A stretch of 54,183 nucleotides of DNA from a virus: the IMG/VR virus record IMGVR_UViG_3300048906_000028, positions 1-54,183 of that record. One strand, given 5' to 3'. Both the position numbers and the translations under genes were made by a program. Within the stretch, counting starts at the first letter, position 1, and each line of letters starts with the position of its first letter. The notes under the pieces are model-generated. The model was not told where the DNA came from. It searched no databases and saw only the letters and a program-made list of their open reading frames with translations. Positions 25,022 to 35,308 of the stretch are shown here, one piece after another.

Positions 25022-25348
25022 ATGACTGCAGCCACCTACACCTATGACTCCAAAGGCCACGCCATTATCCCCAAAGGCCCCAATGATGTCCTCGACTATC
25101 CATTCGACTGGACCGATTGGCTGGCGTCGATTTCGGATACGATCGCTACCTCGGTAAGCAATGTTACCGATGCGACCAGCCAGGCGGTTGTGGCGTCCGA
25201 GTCACATACTTACACAAAGGCGGTGGTGTGGGTCGGGGGCGGCATCGACGGCAAAACCGCAGCCGTTACCAACCGTATTACCACCACTGGCGGCCGCACT
25301 GCGGAGCGCACCATCTATATCAAAATCCAGAAAGGCCTGTCCCAATGA
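25022..25348 (+). CDS. Hypothetical virion-module protein (108 aa)
   Basis: ORF with the motif VLDYPFDWTDWL...VWVGGGIDGK. Confidence 0.65.
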   Translation: MTAATYTYDSKGHAIIPKGPNDVLDYPFDWTDWLASISDTIATSVSNVTDATSQAVVASESHTYTKAVVWVGGGIDGKTAAVTNRITTTGGRTAERTIYIKIQKGLSQ

Positions 25349-25842
25349 GCCTGATCGTTGAAACCGGCGCGGGGCTGGCCAACGCCGAATCGCTTTGCTC
25401 GATCGATGACGCCGACGCCTACCACTTATCGATGGGTAATGATGCCTGGTCCAACCTGGACGATGATGGCAAGGAGGTACACCTCCGCCGCGCCACCATG
25501 TACATGCAGCAAGAATACCACGACGAATGGATGGGCTTGCGGGCGCAATTCACCCAAGCCCTGGACTGGCCGCGCCAGGGAATTGTCCTGTGCGATGAAA
25601 TCATCCAGTTCAATGTGATCCCGAAGGAAGTCAAGGCGGCCTGCTGCGAACTGGCCCTGCGTTCGATTTCCGGCCCCCTGCGGGCCGACCTAACCCAGGG
25701 TGTGGTGCGCAAGCAGATCGGCCCAATCCGGATCGACTACGACAAAACCAGCCCTTTGGCAAAGCGTTACCCATTTATCGACGCCATGGTGCAAAAGTTC
25801 TTCGGCCGGGGCGGAAACTCGTTAAAGATTGGCCGGTGCTGA
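25345..25842 (+). CDS. Head-tail connector (gp6-like) protein
   Basis: ATG 25345 overlaps the upstream stop (ATGA). SLCSIDDADAYH...RRATMYM resembles gp6-like adaptors. Confidence 0.6.
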   Translation: MSLIVETGAGLANAESLCSIDDADAYHLSMGNDAWSNLDDDGKEVHLRRATMYMQQEYHDEWMGLRAQFTQALDWPRQGIVLCDEIIQFNVIPKEVKAACCELALRSISGPLRADLTQGVVRKQIGPIRIDYDKTSPLAKRYPFIDAMVQKFFGRGGNSLKIGRC

Positions 25843-25873
25843 ACTACAAACTCTAGACGCCGCCCGCCCCCTG

Positions 25874-25882
25874 TGGTATACT
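25874..25882 (+). promoter_or_regulatory. Extended -10-like element, TGGTATACT
   Basis: ctgTGGTATACT is followed by the hairpin GGGGAACC/GGTTCCCC and ATG 25917. Confidence 0.35.
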
Positions 25883-25916
25883 GCGGGGAACCCTTGACCA
25901 GAATGGTTCCCCCTAA

Positions 25917-26285
25917 ATGTCGAACGCCCTTTACAATGATGTGGCACAAATTGCCGATGACCTTTTTACCGAGTTCGGTCAAAAGGTAACCATTGTTAGC
26001 AAAGGTAAGCGGGATTACGATCCGGCCATCGGCGGCGCGGCTCCATCCAGTACCACCACGCAAACCACGCAAGGTTTCGAAATGTCGTACGCCTCGCACG
26101 AGGTAAATGGGACCAGCGTGCTGGCCACCGACATCAAGGTGTACCTCTCCCCCGTAGGCATCACCGAACCGCTTCACGGTGATCAACTGTCCCTGGAGGA
26201 CGGCCGAAAATTCAAAGTCCAGCACGTGATGGCCACCCGTCCCGCAGGTCAAACGGTCCTATACGAAGTCCAGGCGCGGGTATGA
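25917..26285 (+). CDS. Head closure / head-tail joining protein
   Basis: 122 aa. Assigned from position and a C-terminal pattern (GDQLSLEDGRKFKVQHV...LYEVQAR) like SPP1 gp16-type proteins. Confidence 0.55.
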   Translation: MSNALYNDVAQIADDLFTEFGQKVTIVSKGKRDYDPAIGGAAPSSTTTQTTQGFEMSYASHEVNGTSVLATDIKVYLSPVGITEPLHGDQLSLEDGRKFKVQHVMATRPAGQTVLYEVQARV

Positions 26286-26743
26286 CGGTCGACAACGCCA
26301 AATTCCAAGAGGACTTCGCAAAGATTCTCCGCAAAGCCCAATCCAAAGGCGACCGCCTGGTGGCGGCTTGCGCCATGGACGTTCTTGGCAAACTGGTTGA
26401 ACGAAGCCCCGTAGGTAACCCTGCGATTTGGAAGAATCCTGCTTCGGCCCCGCCAGGCTATGTGGGTGGTCGGTTCAAAGCCAACTGGCAGGTGGGAGTA
26501 GGTCTGATCAACACCGACACCAGCGCCCAACCTGATGCAAGCGGCAAAGATGCCCTGGGCCGTGGTCAAGGCGTGGTTAACAGTTGGAAAATCCAGGGCA
26601 AGCTGTACCTCACCAATTCAATGCCGTACGCCAAGCGGATCGAGTATGAACATTGGTCACAACAGGCCCCGGCAGGTGTGTCCCGGCTGGCGGCTATGGA
26701 GTTCATGCAGACCATCACCAGGCTGGCGGCCCAAATCCAATGA
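26282..26743 (+). CDS. Neck / tail-completion protein (HK97 gp10-like)
   Basis: ATGA overlap with the upstream gene. 153 aa. Assigned mainly by position. Confidence 0.55.
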   Translation: MTVDNAKFQEDFAKILRKAQSKGDRLVAACAMDVLGKLVERSPVGNPAIWKNPASAPPGYVGGRFKANWQVGVGLINTDTSAQPDASGKDALGRGQGVVNSWKIQGKLYLTNSMPYAKRIEYEHWSQQAPAGVSRLAAMEFMQTITRLAAQIQ

Positions 26744-27156
26744 CCATTTCCGCAGAAACCGCTATCCGGAGGGCCTTCGAGACGCGCTTGGCAGCGATGG
26801 CTACTAATATAGCCATCGCCTACGAAGCGTTCGACTTCACCCCCGTCGATGGCGTTCCTTACCAGTATTGCGCTATCCTGCGGGCAGCTGACGAGAAGCC
26901 GGAAATGTCGCGGAAGATGACCATCCTTCGCGGAATCTTCCAGGTCACCTTGATGTACCCCCTGGGGGACGGTGCAGCCGATGCCGAGACCCAGGCGGGT
27001 GTGGTCAAAGAATGGTTCAAACCGGTCCTTACGATGAATCAGGATGGTTTCAAGGTCCAGGTCATTGACGCCATTTCAGTTTCCTCCGGGTTCAGGTCCG
27101 AGAGTAGGTGGGCTATCCCGATTTCAATCCCGTACGTCGTTCAGGTGAACGGCTGA
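26740..27156 (+). CDS. Tail terminator-like protein
   Basis: ATG 26740 overlaps the upstream stop. 138 aa, immediately before the tail tube gene. Confidence 0.55.
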   Translation: MTISAETAIRRAFETRLAAMATNIAIAYEAFDFTPVDGVPYQYCAILRAADEKPEMSRKMTILRGIFQVTLMYPLGDGAADAETQAGVVKEWFKPVLTMNQDGFKVQVIDAISVSSGFRSESRWAIPISIPYVVQVNG

Positions 27157-27223
27157 CAGGTGAAGCGCCCGCAAGGGTTTAATTAACGCCTACCATCGTG
27201 TGGGCATAAGATGAAAGCAAAAT

Positions 27224-28453
27224 ATGCCGAACGTAAATGCACAAGGCGTCTTTAAACAAACGCGGATCAAGCGCCAAACCGCTCGCGGTGTTACCGCAAC
27301 TGCCGCCGCTGGTGGCCAGATCATGCGCCGTGAAACGTCCGTCTTCGAAATGCAGAAGGACACCTTCACGACCGAATCCGAAATCACCTCGACCCAACAG
27401 ATCACTGCCAACCGCCACGGCGCGAAGCAGATCGCGGGCAAGCTGACCGGCCTGCTGTCCCCTGGCACCTACAGCGACCCCCTGGGCGCACTGCTGCGCC
27501 GCGACTTCGCAGCCGTCACGGCCGTTACCGGCGCGTCGATCACGGTGGCCGGTGCTGGCCCCACCTACACGATCACCCGCGCCGCAGGTTCCTGGCTGAC
27601 CGATGGTTTCAAAGTCGGCATGGTGACCCGCCTGACGGCCGGTGCATTCAACGCCGCCAACCTGAACAAAAACCTGTTCATTGTCGGCGCAACCGCCTTG
27701 GTCCTAAGCGTCCTGACCCTGGACGGCTCCTCCCTGGTGGCTGAAGGCCCGATCGCCGCTGCAACCGCGTCGATCCCCGGCAAGGTCACCTACACGCCCG
27801 TCACCGGCCAGACGGTGACCTATTACACGGTCGAAGAATGGATGCCCGATGCCGGTGTGTCCGAACTGAACACTGATGTTAAATTCACCCAGGCCGCCCT
27901 GTCGCTGCCAGGCACCGGCAACGCCAAGATCGATTTCACGGCGATGGGCCTGAACCAGACTTCCGGCGTGGCCGCCTACTTCCAGGCGCCTACCGTCGAA
28001 ACCACCACTTCGCCGTGCGTGGCTGCCTCGGGTGCGCTGCTGGTCAATGGCGTGGCGCAGGCCACCGTAACCGACCTGTCCTTCACCATCGACGGTTCCG
28101 GCGCGATGGCCAATGCGGTGGTGGGCACCACGGTCCGCCCGGACGTTTTCTCCGGCAAGGTCAAGGTGTCGGGCCAGTTCACCGCCTACTTCCAGGACAG
28201 CACGTTCCACACGGCATTCCTGAATGAATCGGTGTTGTCGATCCTGTCGGCCCTGGCCGCCGACTCCTCGGCAAACGCTGACTTCATCACCTTCGCCATG
28301 TCGTCGGTCAACATCAACAGTTCGACGCCGGAAGACGTTGAAACCGGCTTCAAGCGCACGTACAAGTTCCAAGCGGAACTGAACGCTGCAGGCGGCGCAG
28401 GTACCGCCACCGAAAAGACCACGCTGCAAATCCACGATTCGCAAGCGACCTAA
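27224..28453 (+). CDS. Major tail (tube) protein
   Basis: 409 aa, positioned before the chaperone pair and the tape measure. Confidence 0.7.
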   Translation: MPNVNAQGVFKQTRIKRQTARGVTATAAAGGQIMRRETSVFEMQKDTFTTESEITSTQQITANRHGAKQIAGKLTGLLSPGTYSDPLGALLRRDFAAVTAVTGASITVAGAGPTYTITRAAGSWLTDGFKVGMVTRLTAGAFNAANLNKNLFIVGATALVLSVLTLDGSSLVAEGPIAAATASIPGKVTYTPVTGQTVTYYTVEEWMPDAGVSELNTDVKFTQAALSLPGTGNAKIDFTAMGLNQTSGVAAYFQAPTVETTTSPCVAASGALLVNGVAQATVTDLSFTIDGSGAMANAVVGTTVRPDVFSGKVKVSGQFTAYFQDSTFHTAFLNESVLSILSALAADSSANADFITFAMSSVNINSSTPEDVETGFKRTYKFQAELNAAGGAGTATEKTTLQIHDSQAT

Positions 28454-28563
28454 GTTTTGGGGCTTCGGCCCTTTCACCGTGCACGGGCCGTGTCCGCTGT
28501 CTCCTTCGCGGGAGCAGCGGGCCGGAACCGGCAATAAGTTAAACCCCGCGAAAAGGAAATATC

Positions 28564-29040
28564 ATGCAAGACATTGACGCTATGAACGGCATCAAGGCCG
28601 AAACCCCCAAGGTTGTTGTCCTCGACCTGGCTACCATCGACACCCCGAAAACGTCGGAAGAGGGCGTGGAGTTGGAATTAATGTATGAAGGCAAGCCATG
28701 CGGCTACATGGTGCGCGTGCGTGGTGACCACTCCCCCACCATCAAAAAATGGCAACTGGGCCTGGGCAACAAGTTCCGCCTGAAAGATTGGCAGGAAAAG
28801 CGCAAGAAGCAATCCGAGCAAGGTCCGGCGCTGATGACCGAAGAAGATGTCGAACTGGGCCTGCGCGGCGCGGCCGTGCGTCTGTGCGGTTTCCGTAACA
28901 TCCCGTTCAACGGCCAGGACTTCCCGTTCACGCCGGATAACGCTTACGAGTTGGTGCGCCGTTACCCGCCCTTCGCGGACCAAATCCTGGAATTCTCGGC
29001 TGAAATCGCAAATTTTTCCAAACCGCAACCGAAAGTCTGA
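28564..29040 (+). CDS. Tail assembly chaperone (gpG-like)
   Basis: 158 aa, immediately upstream of the T-frame ORF and the tape measure. Confidence 0.7.
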   Translation: MQDIDAMNGIKAETPKVVVLDLATIDTPKTSEEGVELELMYEGKPCGYMVRVRGDHSPTIKKWQLGLGNKFRLKDWQEKRKKQSEQGPALMTEEDVELGLRGAAVRLCGFRNIPFNGQDFPFTPDNAYELVRRYPPFADQILEFSAEIANFSKPQPKV

Positions 29041-29369
29041 TCGAGTACGCGGCGCATGAATTCCGTCTTAGCAAAATTGGCGAGGACGGAAAGACGCTCC
29101 GCGAGACCCTGGAAGTAGCAAGCAGAATGTCCGGGAGGATTTACCCGGAAAGCATCAACCCGGTGGAGTTTCCCGACATTCTGACAGACGTTTGGTTGTG
29201 GTACCTGGCGGCTGCAAGAACTAGAAACAAATCGATGGGGCTGGAAACCATCAAGTACACGGAATTGGAAAGCTATTTCAGACTAATGAGGATAGACCCC
29301 GAACCGTGGCACATTGAAATAATCCTAAGCCTGGACAAGGCCTGGATTGACGCACAGAAGAAAGAGTAA
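28564..29369 (+). CDS. Tail assembly chaperone GT fusion (via -1 frameshift at 29010-29016)
   Basis: The T part (ORF 29127..29369 in the track) has no stop back to 29004 and overlaps the end of G in the -1 frame. Confidence 0.55.
29010..29016 (+). other. -1 programmed frameshift slippery heptamer, A_AAT_TTT
   Basis: In the G frame the codons are gcA AAT TTT. The -1 frame is open from 29004 to 29369. Confidence 0.6.
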
Positions 29370-29372
29370 AAT

Positions 29373-32300
29373 ATGTCAATTGACCTCGCAACTATCGGTG
29401 TAGTTTTTGACGCATCCGGCCTGGAGCGAGGCCAAAAGGCATTCAGCGACACGGAACGGGCCGCCAACAGTGCGGCCCAGGCCGCTACCCAGGCGGGCCA
29501 ATCCTTCGCATCATCCTCCGAGAAAGTAGCCACGGCCGCACGGTCGACGAACGCATCGTTCGACAAGCTGACCCTCGGCCAAACGCAATTCATTGAAAAG
29601 CTGCGCGAGCAAGCCACCACGGCGGGCATGTCGCGCACTCAATTGCTGGCTTATCAGGCGGCGGAGCTTGGGGTTACCGAGCAAACGAAAGCCATGATCA
29701 AGCAGATCGAAGAGGCGACCAAAGCCCAAGGCGCGCACGGCGCTGGCATGGGTTCCTCGCTGGTCAAAATGGAATCGCTGCGCGTGGCCCACGACATCAT
29801 GATTGGCGCTTATACGCGGATGGCCTCGGCACTGTTCGTCATTGCAGGGGCCACGAACGCATTCTCACTCCTGCTCAACCCGTTAGCACTGGGCATCGTG
29901 GCCGTCACCGGCACGTTGGCGGCGTTCGCCGTGGCGGCGTCGCAGGGGCACGACCAAATGGTCAAGATGAACAACGCATTGGCCATGACCAGCAATTATG
30001 CTGGCATGACCCGGAGCGATATGGCCAACCTGGCCAACAGTATGACCCAAACCAAGGAGGTGACAATTGGCGCTGCAAATGAAATCGTCCTTGCGCTGGT
30101 GGCTTCGGGCCGTGTGGGTGGCGAATCGATCAACAAGATCGGAAAATTCATTTCGGACTTCGCGAAGGCCTCCGGCGAAGATATCGATAAAGTCACCCCG
30201 AAAATGATCGCTCTGTTCCAGGACCCGCAGAAAGGGGCCGAGGAACTGAATAAATCGATGCACTTTCTCACTGCCACGCAACTGGAACACATTGCAGCGC
30301 TGGAGCGAACCGGACAGGTGCAGCAGGCACAACTGGCCCTGGCCGATGCACTGGCGGCCAAAGTGCCGAAACAGGTCGAAAATATCAGCAACATGACGCG
30401 GCTGATTAATGAGCAAAAGGATGCCTGGACGAAGTTGTGGGCCGCGATGCAGAAGCCCAACGACTCGCAACTGAAAGGTGAGGCCCTGGCACAGAGCCTG
30501 CGCGATCAAATTTCCGAATACCTGGCTTCCGGCCTCACCCGCAAGGACCCCGCAGTCGAGCGCGTACAAAAACAACTGGATGCGCTGACCCCTGCCATCA
30601 AAGCGCAGAAGGAATTGACTGCAGCGGAGAAAGAAGCCGCTGCCGCGAATGAATTGCAATCCAAGTCATGGGACGCTGTCAAAGCCAGTTCGTCGGCTTA
30701 CCATGTGCAGGAATTGCGGGATCGGCTGAAACTGGCCGAGTCCTTCAAGCCCGAAGCGGGTCCGGATTTCGCCGCACAGAAGACGGCCCAAGCTGACGCT
30801 ATCCGCAAGATTAATGAAGAGATTGAATCGGCCACCCGATCGATGACGGCTGCCGATCGCCAGATGTACACGCAGCGGCTGGCCGCCGAAGAATCGCTGC
30901 GCCAGGTAAAGTTGAAGTCGACCGAGGATGACCTGTCCACCATGCTTAAAATCGGTGCGATGGGCAAGGAGGAATTTGACCGCCGCATGCTCAACAACTC
31001 ACTGGAGCAAAATCAGTCGAAGCAGACCTACGAGGAGGCCATGATACACGTGGCGGGCCTCACTGCAGCCGAGCGCCAGGCGCACCAGCAAAAACTGGCA
31101 CTGCTGAAAGCGGAACAGGATGCTATCGAATCCAAGGGTGTGAATTCGCAGCGGGTCGATGCGTTCAACGTGACCTCGGCCAGCACCGACATGATGAACA
31201 AGTATATCTCCAGCCTCACGGCCGAGGCTCAAAAGCTGGAGGAGGCTAACGCCAATCGCGAAAAGACCCGTGACACGATCGAACTGGAAAACATCGCCCG
31301 CCTGGACACTGCAATTGCCCTGCAGAAGCAATTCATGGCCGAGCAGGAAAAGAACGGGGCCACCCAATCTGAACTGGAAAACTCTCCCCGGGTCCTGAAA
31401 TTCCTGGAAGACGAGCGTGATGCCCGCGAGCGTATCGCCAAGGCCCTGAACCAAGAGGATGTCGACAAAGCCAATAAGACTGCCGCGCAGAACGCGCAGC
31501 GCGAGTGGAAGCGCTCTTCGGAAAAGATCGCGGACGACCTGGCGAACGCCATTATCGACGGCGGCGGCAACGGTTTGAAGAAGATGTTACACGACATCGA
31601 AATGGGATTCGCCCGTCTGATCCTGCGGCCAGTCATCCAGCCGATCGCGGACGGATTCGCCAGCATCTTCAATCCAGGCGCTGCATCCGCCTCCGGAGTC
31701 ACGGGAGGCACTTCCGGGGCGTCCGGACTGATCGGAGCGGCCAATACAGCGGCAACCGCCTACAAGGCCATTTCTGGTGGCTTCGCTGGCATCGGAAGCA
31801 GTATCGGTGGCGTGGTGTCCGGGTTCGGCAACATGGTAGGTTCCTCTTCGATTTCGGCCTTCGGTTCGGGTATGGGTATGTCGGCCGCTCAAGCAAGTGA
31901 AGCGGCTGCCCTGTACAACGGCGCTGGCATGGCGGGGACGGGATCGGCCCTGACTGCCGGTTCAATGGCCGGATCGGCTGCGGGAATCGGTGCGGGTATC
32001 TTCGGCGGCATCAAGGTGGGCGGCGCAATTTCGGGTGATTACGGCTCCCGCTCTACGGTAAACGCGGGAACCGCGATCGGTACCGGCATCGGCGCAGTGG
32101 TGGCGGGACCAATCGGCGCGGCCATTGGTGCGTTCCTGGGCGGTACGGTGGGCGGCCTCCTTAACCGTGCTTTCGGCATGGGTGATAAAAAAGTCACTTC
32201 GCAAGGAATCTCCGGCACGATTTCGGAGTCGGGCACCACCGGCACCGGCTACAGCAACTGGCACCAGGATGGTGGCTGGTTCCGTAGCGATAAAAACGGG

Positions 32301-33848
32301 ACCGACAAGAGCGCGCTTGATCCATCAGTGGTGAACAGCTTCTCGGCGGGCCTCAGCCAATTGAAGACGGCTTCCACCTCCTTTGCATCGAACATTGGTG
32401 TGACCTCCAATGCACTGGCTGGCTATTCCAAATCGTTCGATATCGCAATGACGAGCGACGCGGCCACCAACCAGAAGAACATCACTGACTTTTTCACGAC
32501 GATGGCCGATGATATGGCCAGTAAACTGGTCCCCAACCTGGCCCAGTTCACCCGTTCGGGGGAGACGGCATCCACCACACTGCAGCGCCTGTCGGACGAA
32601 TTCAAGGCAACTGACGGCATCGCGCAGGCACTGGGCAAGACCGCTACTGACATGTTTAAAGGGGCGGGGATTGAGACCACCAAAGCGAGGGAGCGGGTGC
32701 TCGATGCCCTGGGCGGTACCAGCAGCGCCAGCACGATCATGGCCAACTATGCGCAGAATTACCTGACGGAAGCGCAGAAACTGGAACCGGCGCTGAAAGC
32801 GGTCAATGCCGCAATGGCATCCCTGGGTTATCAGGGTGTGGACACTCGCGAGAAATTTGCGGGCCTGGTTAACGGCCTGGTCGACTCCGGCGCTATCCTT
32901 ACTGATGCCGGGGCTAAACAGTTTGCCGATTTGATGTCCCTGTCCGATGCATTCGCGGCCACTCATGCCGCAATCAGCCAGGCTGCAGACGGGGTTAAAT
33001 CGCTGGCCGACGCCGCCAACGAGCGCCAGCAGCTGCAGGACCAGCTGGACCAGTTGACGATGACCTCGACCCAACTATTGATGAAGCAGCGCAACGCCCT
33101 GGATGCGTCGAATCGCGCCCTGTTTGACCAGGTTACGCAGGCGCAGAAGTTGAAGGATGCCCAGGACGCCAGCAAAAAGAGCCTGACCGACCTGATTTCC
33201 GGCCTTGGGTCGTTCCGTGACTCGGCAAAATCGGCGCATGATGGCCTGGCCACCAGCAGCCTGTCCACGCTGACCCCTGAACAGCAGTATGAAGAACTGC
33301 GCCGCCAGTACGAAGCAACCAAGAGCGCGGCAATGGGGGGCGATGCGTCGGCCCAATCTTCGTACGCATCGGTCATGAACGCATTCCTCACAATGTCGCA
33401 AAAGCTCAATGCAGGCGATGCCCGATATGCCGCGGATTATAACATGGCGGAGCAGGATTCGGCAAATGCGGAGGAATGGGCCAAGACCGGCATCGAGGTG
33501 GCCCAATCGCAACTGGATGCCCTGAATAATCAGGTGGTCTACCTGGCCGACCTGGCGGTGACTGCGCACCAAATCGCATCTGCCGTTCCCGAGGCCTCGG
33601 CAAATTCTGATGCAAACATGGCCAGTGTTGTGGTAGAATTGAGGGCGTTACGTGACAGCAACGCCGATTTGGTGGCACAGCTTGCGGCCCTCCGGGACGA
33701 GCAGAACCGCCAGACGGCCGACATGATTGTCCAGAACGCGAAGGCCCAGGAAAATACCGCCGAAGCCGTCGTACAGGGTGTCTCGGATGCAGTAAGCCAA
33801 AACGGCAAAGCAGTATGGGTTTCTAACGATGGGTGGCTTGACCAATGA
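29373..33848 (+). CDS. Tape measure protein
   Basis: 1491 aa, coiled-coil rich, with a Gly-rich hydrophobic central block, in the canonical position. Confidence 0.9.
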   Translation: MSIDLATIGVVFDASGLERGQKAFSDTERAANSAAQAATQAGQSFASSSEKVATAARSTNASFDKLTLGQTQFIEKLREQATTAGMSRTQLLAYQAAELGVTEQTKAMIKQIEEATKAQGAHGAGMGSSLVKMESLRVAHDIMIGAYTRMASALFVIAGATNAFSLLLNPLALGIVAVTGTLAAFAVAASQGHDQMVKMNNALAMTSNYAGMTRSDMANLANSMTQTKEVTIGAANEIVLALVASGRVGGESINKIGKFISDFAKASGEDIDKVTPKMIALFQDPQKGAEELNKSMHFLTATQLEHIAALERTGQVQQAQLALADALAAKVPKQVENISNMTRLINEQKDAWTKLWAAMQKPNDSQLKGEALAQSLRDQISEYLASGLTRKDPAVERVQKQLDALTPAIKAQKELTAAEKEAAAANELQSKSWDAVKASSSAYHVQELRDRLKLAESFKPEAGPDFAAQKTAQADAIRKINEEIESATRSMTAADRQMYTQRLAAEESLRQVKLKSTEDDLSTMLKIGAMGKEEFDRRMLNNSLEQNQSKQTYEEAMIHVAGLTAAERQAHQQKLALLKAEQDAIESKGVNSQRVDAFNVTSASTDMMNKYISSLTAEAQKLEEANANREKTRDTIELENIARLDTAIALQKQFMAEQEKNGATQSELENSPRVLKFLEDERDARERIAKALNQEDVDKANKTAAQNAQREWKRSSEKIADDLANAIIDGGGNGLKKMLHDIEMGFARLILRPVIQPIADGFASIFNPGAASASGVTGGTSGASGLIGAANTAATAYKAISGGFAGIGSSIGGVVSGFGNMVGSSSISAFGSGMGMSAAQASEAAALYNGAGMAGTGSALTAGSMAGSAAGIGAGIFGGIKVGGAISGDYGSRSTVNAGTAIGTGIGAVVAGPIGAAIGAFLGGTVGGLLNRAFGMGDKKVTSQGISGTISESGTTGTGYSNWHQDGGWFRSDKNGTDKSALDPSVVNSFSAGLSQLKTASTSFASNIGVTSNALAGYSKSFDIAMTSDAATNQKNITDFFTTMADDMASKLVPNLAQFTRSGETASTTLQRLSDEFKATDGIAQALGKTATDMFKGAGIETTKARERVLDALGGTSSASTIMANYAQNYLTEAQKLEPALKAVNAAMASLGYQGVDTREKFAGLVNGLVDSGAILTDAGAKQFADLMSLSDAFAATHAAISQAADGVKSLADAANERQQLQDQLDQLTMTSTQLLMKQRNALDASNRALFDQVTQAQKLKDAQDASKKSLTDLISGLGSFRDSAKSAHDGLATSSLSTLTPEQQYEELRRQYEATKSAAMGGDASAQSSYASVMNAFLTMSQKLNAGDARYAADYNMAEQDSANAEEWAKTGIEVAQSQLDALNNQVVYLADLAVTAHQIASAVPEASANSDANMASVVVELRALRDSNADLVAQLAALRDEQNRQTADMIVQNAKAQENTAEAVVQGVSDAVSQNGKAVWVSNDGWLDQ

Positions 33849-35308
33849 TAAGTGATCAGCAATACTCCGACTGGCTGGATGATGATTCGGCTCGTCGGGT
33901 CACCCTGTATAACATCAACTGCATTTCGGGCGGAACCGCGGTTACGCGGTACCTGTCGAACAAGCCGTACGCGGGTGGCCCTGCAACTGCTCCCTATTTG
34001 CCCGTGATCGGCCAGGACCTCGAAATCAGTCAGGCCATCACAATCGACGGGTCCCCACAAATTACCCTCGGGGAGTTGGTGGTTGAAAACTTTAACGGCG
34101 AATTCGATTCCTGGTTCGATGATGTGTTCGACAACCAGGCGGTACAGGTTTTAGTGGGCGATATCACGTGGCCTTTGTCAGATTTCCGGGTTCAATTCAA
34201 TGGAACCCTGGCAACAATCAAACCCGGCAGCAATGAGAACAGCATCGCCCTGCAAATGCGGGACATCATGCAGAACCTCAATTACCCGATTCTTGAGGAT
34301 AAGCTGACAAATGATGTGCTATACCCAGTAACCTTTGGAGAAGTGCCAAACATAACCCCGGTATACGACCCCGCCACGGATCGTTGGTATTATAACCGGT
34401 CGGCCGCCGAGGGGGTCATCGAAGTAAGAACAGATGGCAAACCACGGGTGGCGGGCACTGAAATCATCGATACCCCGGCGAGCGGGTATTTCAAATTCTC
34501 GGTGGCAGTCGGCCCGGGTGCGGTTACAGCCAGCGTGCAGGGTGACAAAACCGGGGGAACGTACAACAACACGATCGCACCATTGATTCAACTACTGGTC
34601 ACCTCGTATGGCCGCACAACTTCCCGTTTGACCACGGCCGACATCGACACCGTCAACTTCGCAGCCTTCGGCACGGCCAACCCGCAGCCGGTGGGCTTGA
34701 TGCCGGAAGGGCGTACGAACGTGCTTACCGCATGCGCCCAACTGGCCGCCAGCAAGGGTGCGCAGATGCTGCCGTCGCGCCTGGGCAAGCTGCAACTGAT
34801 TCAGTACGCCATTCCAACTGTGTCGACGATGGATATCCCATTGAGCATGCAGGTGAATGATGCGCCGCTGGCGCTGGTCGACATCATGCCGGTGAAGGCG
34901 GCAGTGAGTATCGCTTATTGCCACAACATGACCGCGCAACCGAGCCTGCAGACCTCCCTGCCGCTCGACCATAAAAAACTGTTCGCGGATGAATGGAGTA
35001 CCTACACCGAGACCGATGCAGCCGTCAAGGCCGCATACCAGTTGACCGCCGACCCGGTGAACGAGGAAACATGCCTCCTGACCCTGGCTGATGCCACCGT
35101 CGAGGCGCAACGCCGTCTGGCCATCAAGAAAGTCCCGCGCAAGACCTACCGAGTACCCCTGCATCCGCCAGGTATGGTTGTGCAAGTGGGCATGGCAGTT
35201 AAACTTTTCAATCCACGCTATAACATGTCGGCAGGTAAAGTTGGCCTGGTTACCAAAGCTACCCTAAACTTCGGCACTTACCGTTCACTTATTGAGGTAA
35301 CCTTATAA
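33845..35308 (+). CDS. Minor/distal tail protein
   Basis: 487 aa. ATGA overlap with the tape measure gene. Confidence 0.65.
   Translation: MISDQQYSDWLDDDSARRVTLYNINCISGGTAVTRYLSNKPYAGGPATAPYLPVIGQDLEISQAITIDGSPQITLGELVVENFNGEFDSWFDDVFDNQAVQVLVGDITWPLSDFRVQFNGTLATIKPGSNENSIALQMRDIMQNLNYPILEDKLTNDVLYPVTFGEVPNITPVYDPATDRWYYNRSAAEGVIEVRTDGKPRVAGTEIIDTPASGYFKFSVAVGPGAVTASVQGDKTGGTYNNTIAPLIQLLVTSYGRTTSRLTTADIDTVNFAAFGTANPQPVGLMPEGRTNVLTACAQLAASKGAQMLPSRLGKLQLIQYAIPTVSTMDIPLSMQVNDAPLALVDIMPVKAAVSIAYCHNMTAQPSLQTSLPLDHKKLFADEWSTYTETDAAVKAAYQLTADPVNEETCLLTLADATVEAQRRLAIKKVPRKTYRVPLHPPGMVVQVGMAVKLFNPRYNMSAGKVGLVTKATLNFGTYRSLIEVTL

Noticed and set aside
28459-28520. Hairpins after the major tail gene (GGGC-TTCG-GCCC and CCGCTGTCTCC...GGGAGCAGCGG) as terminators.
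   Set aside because: The first stem is only 4 bp and the second lacks a T-tract. They are plausibly RNA-stabilising or attenuating structures but were not called as features.
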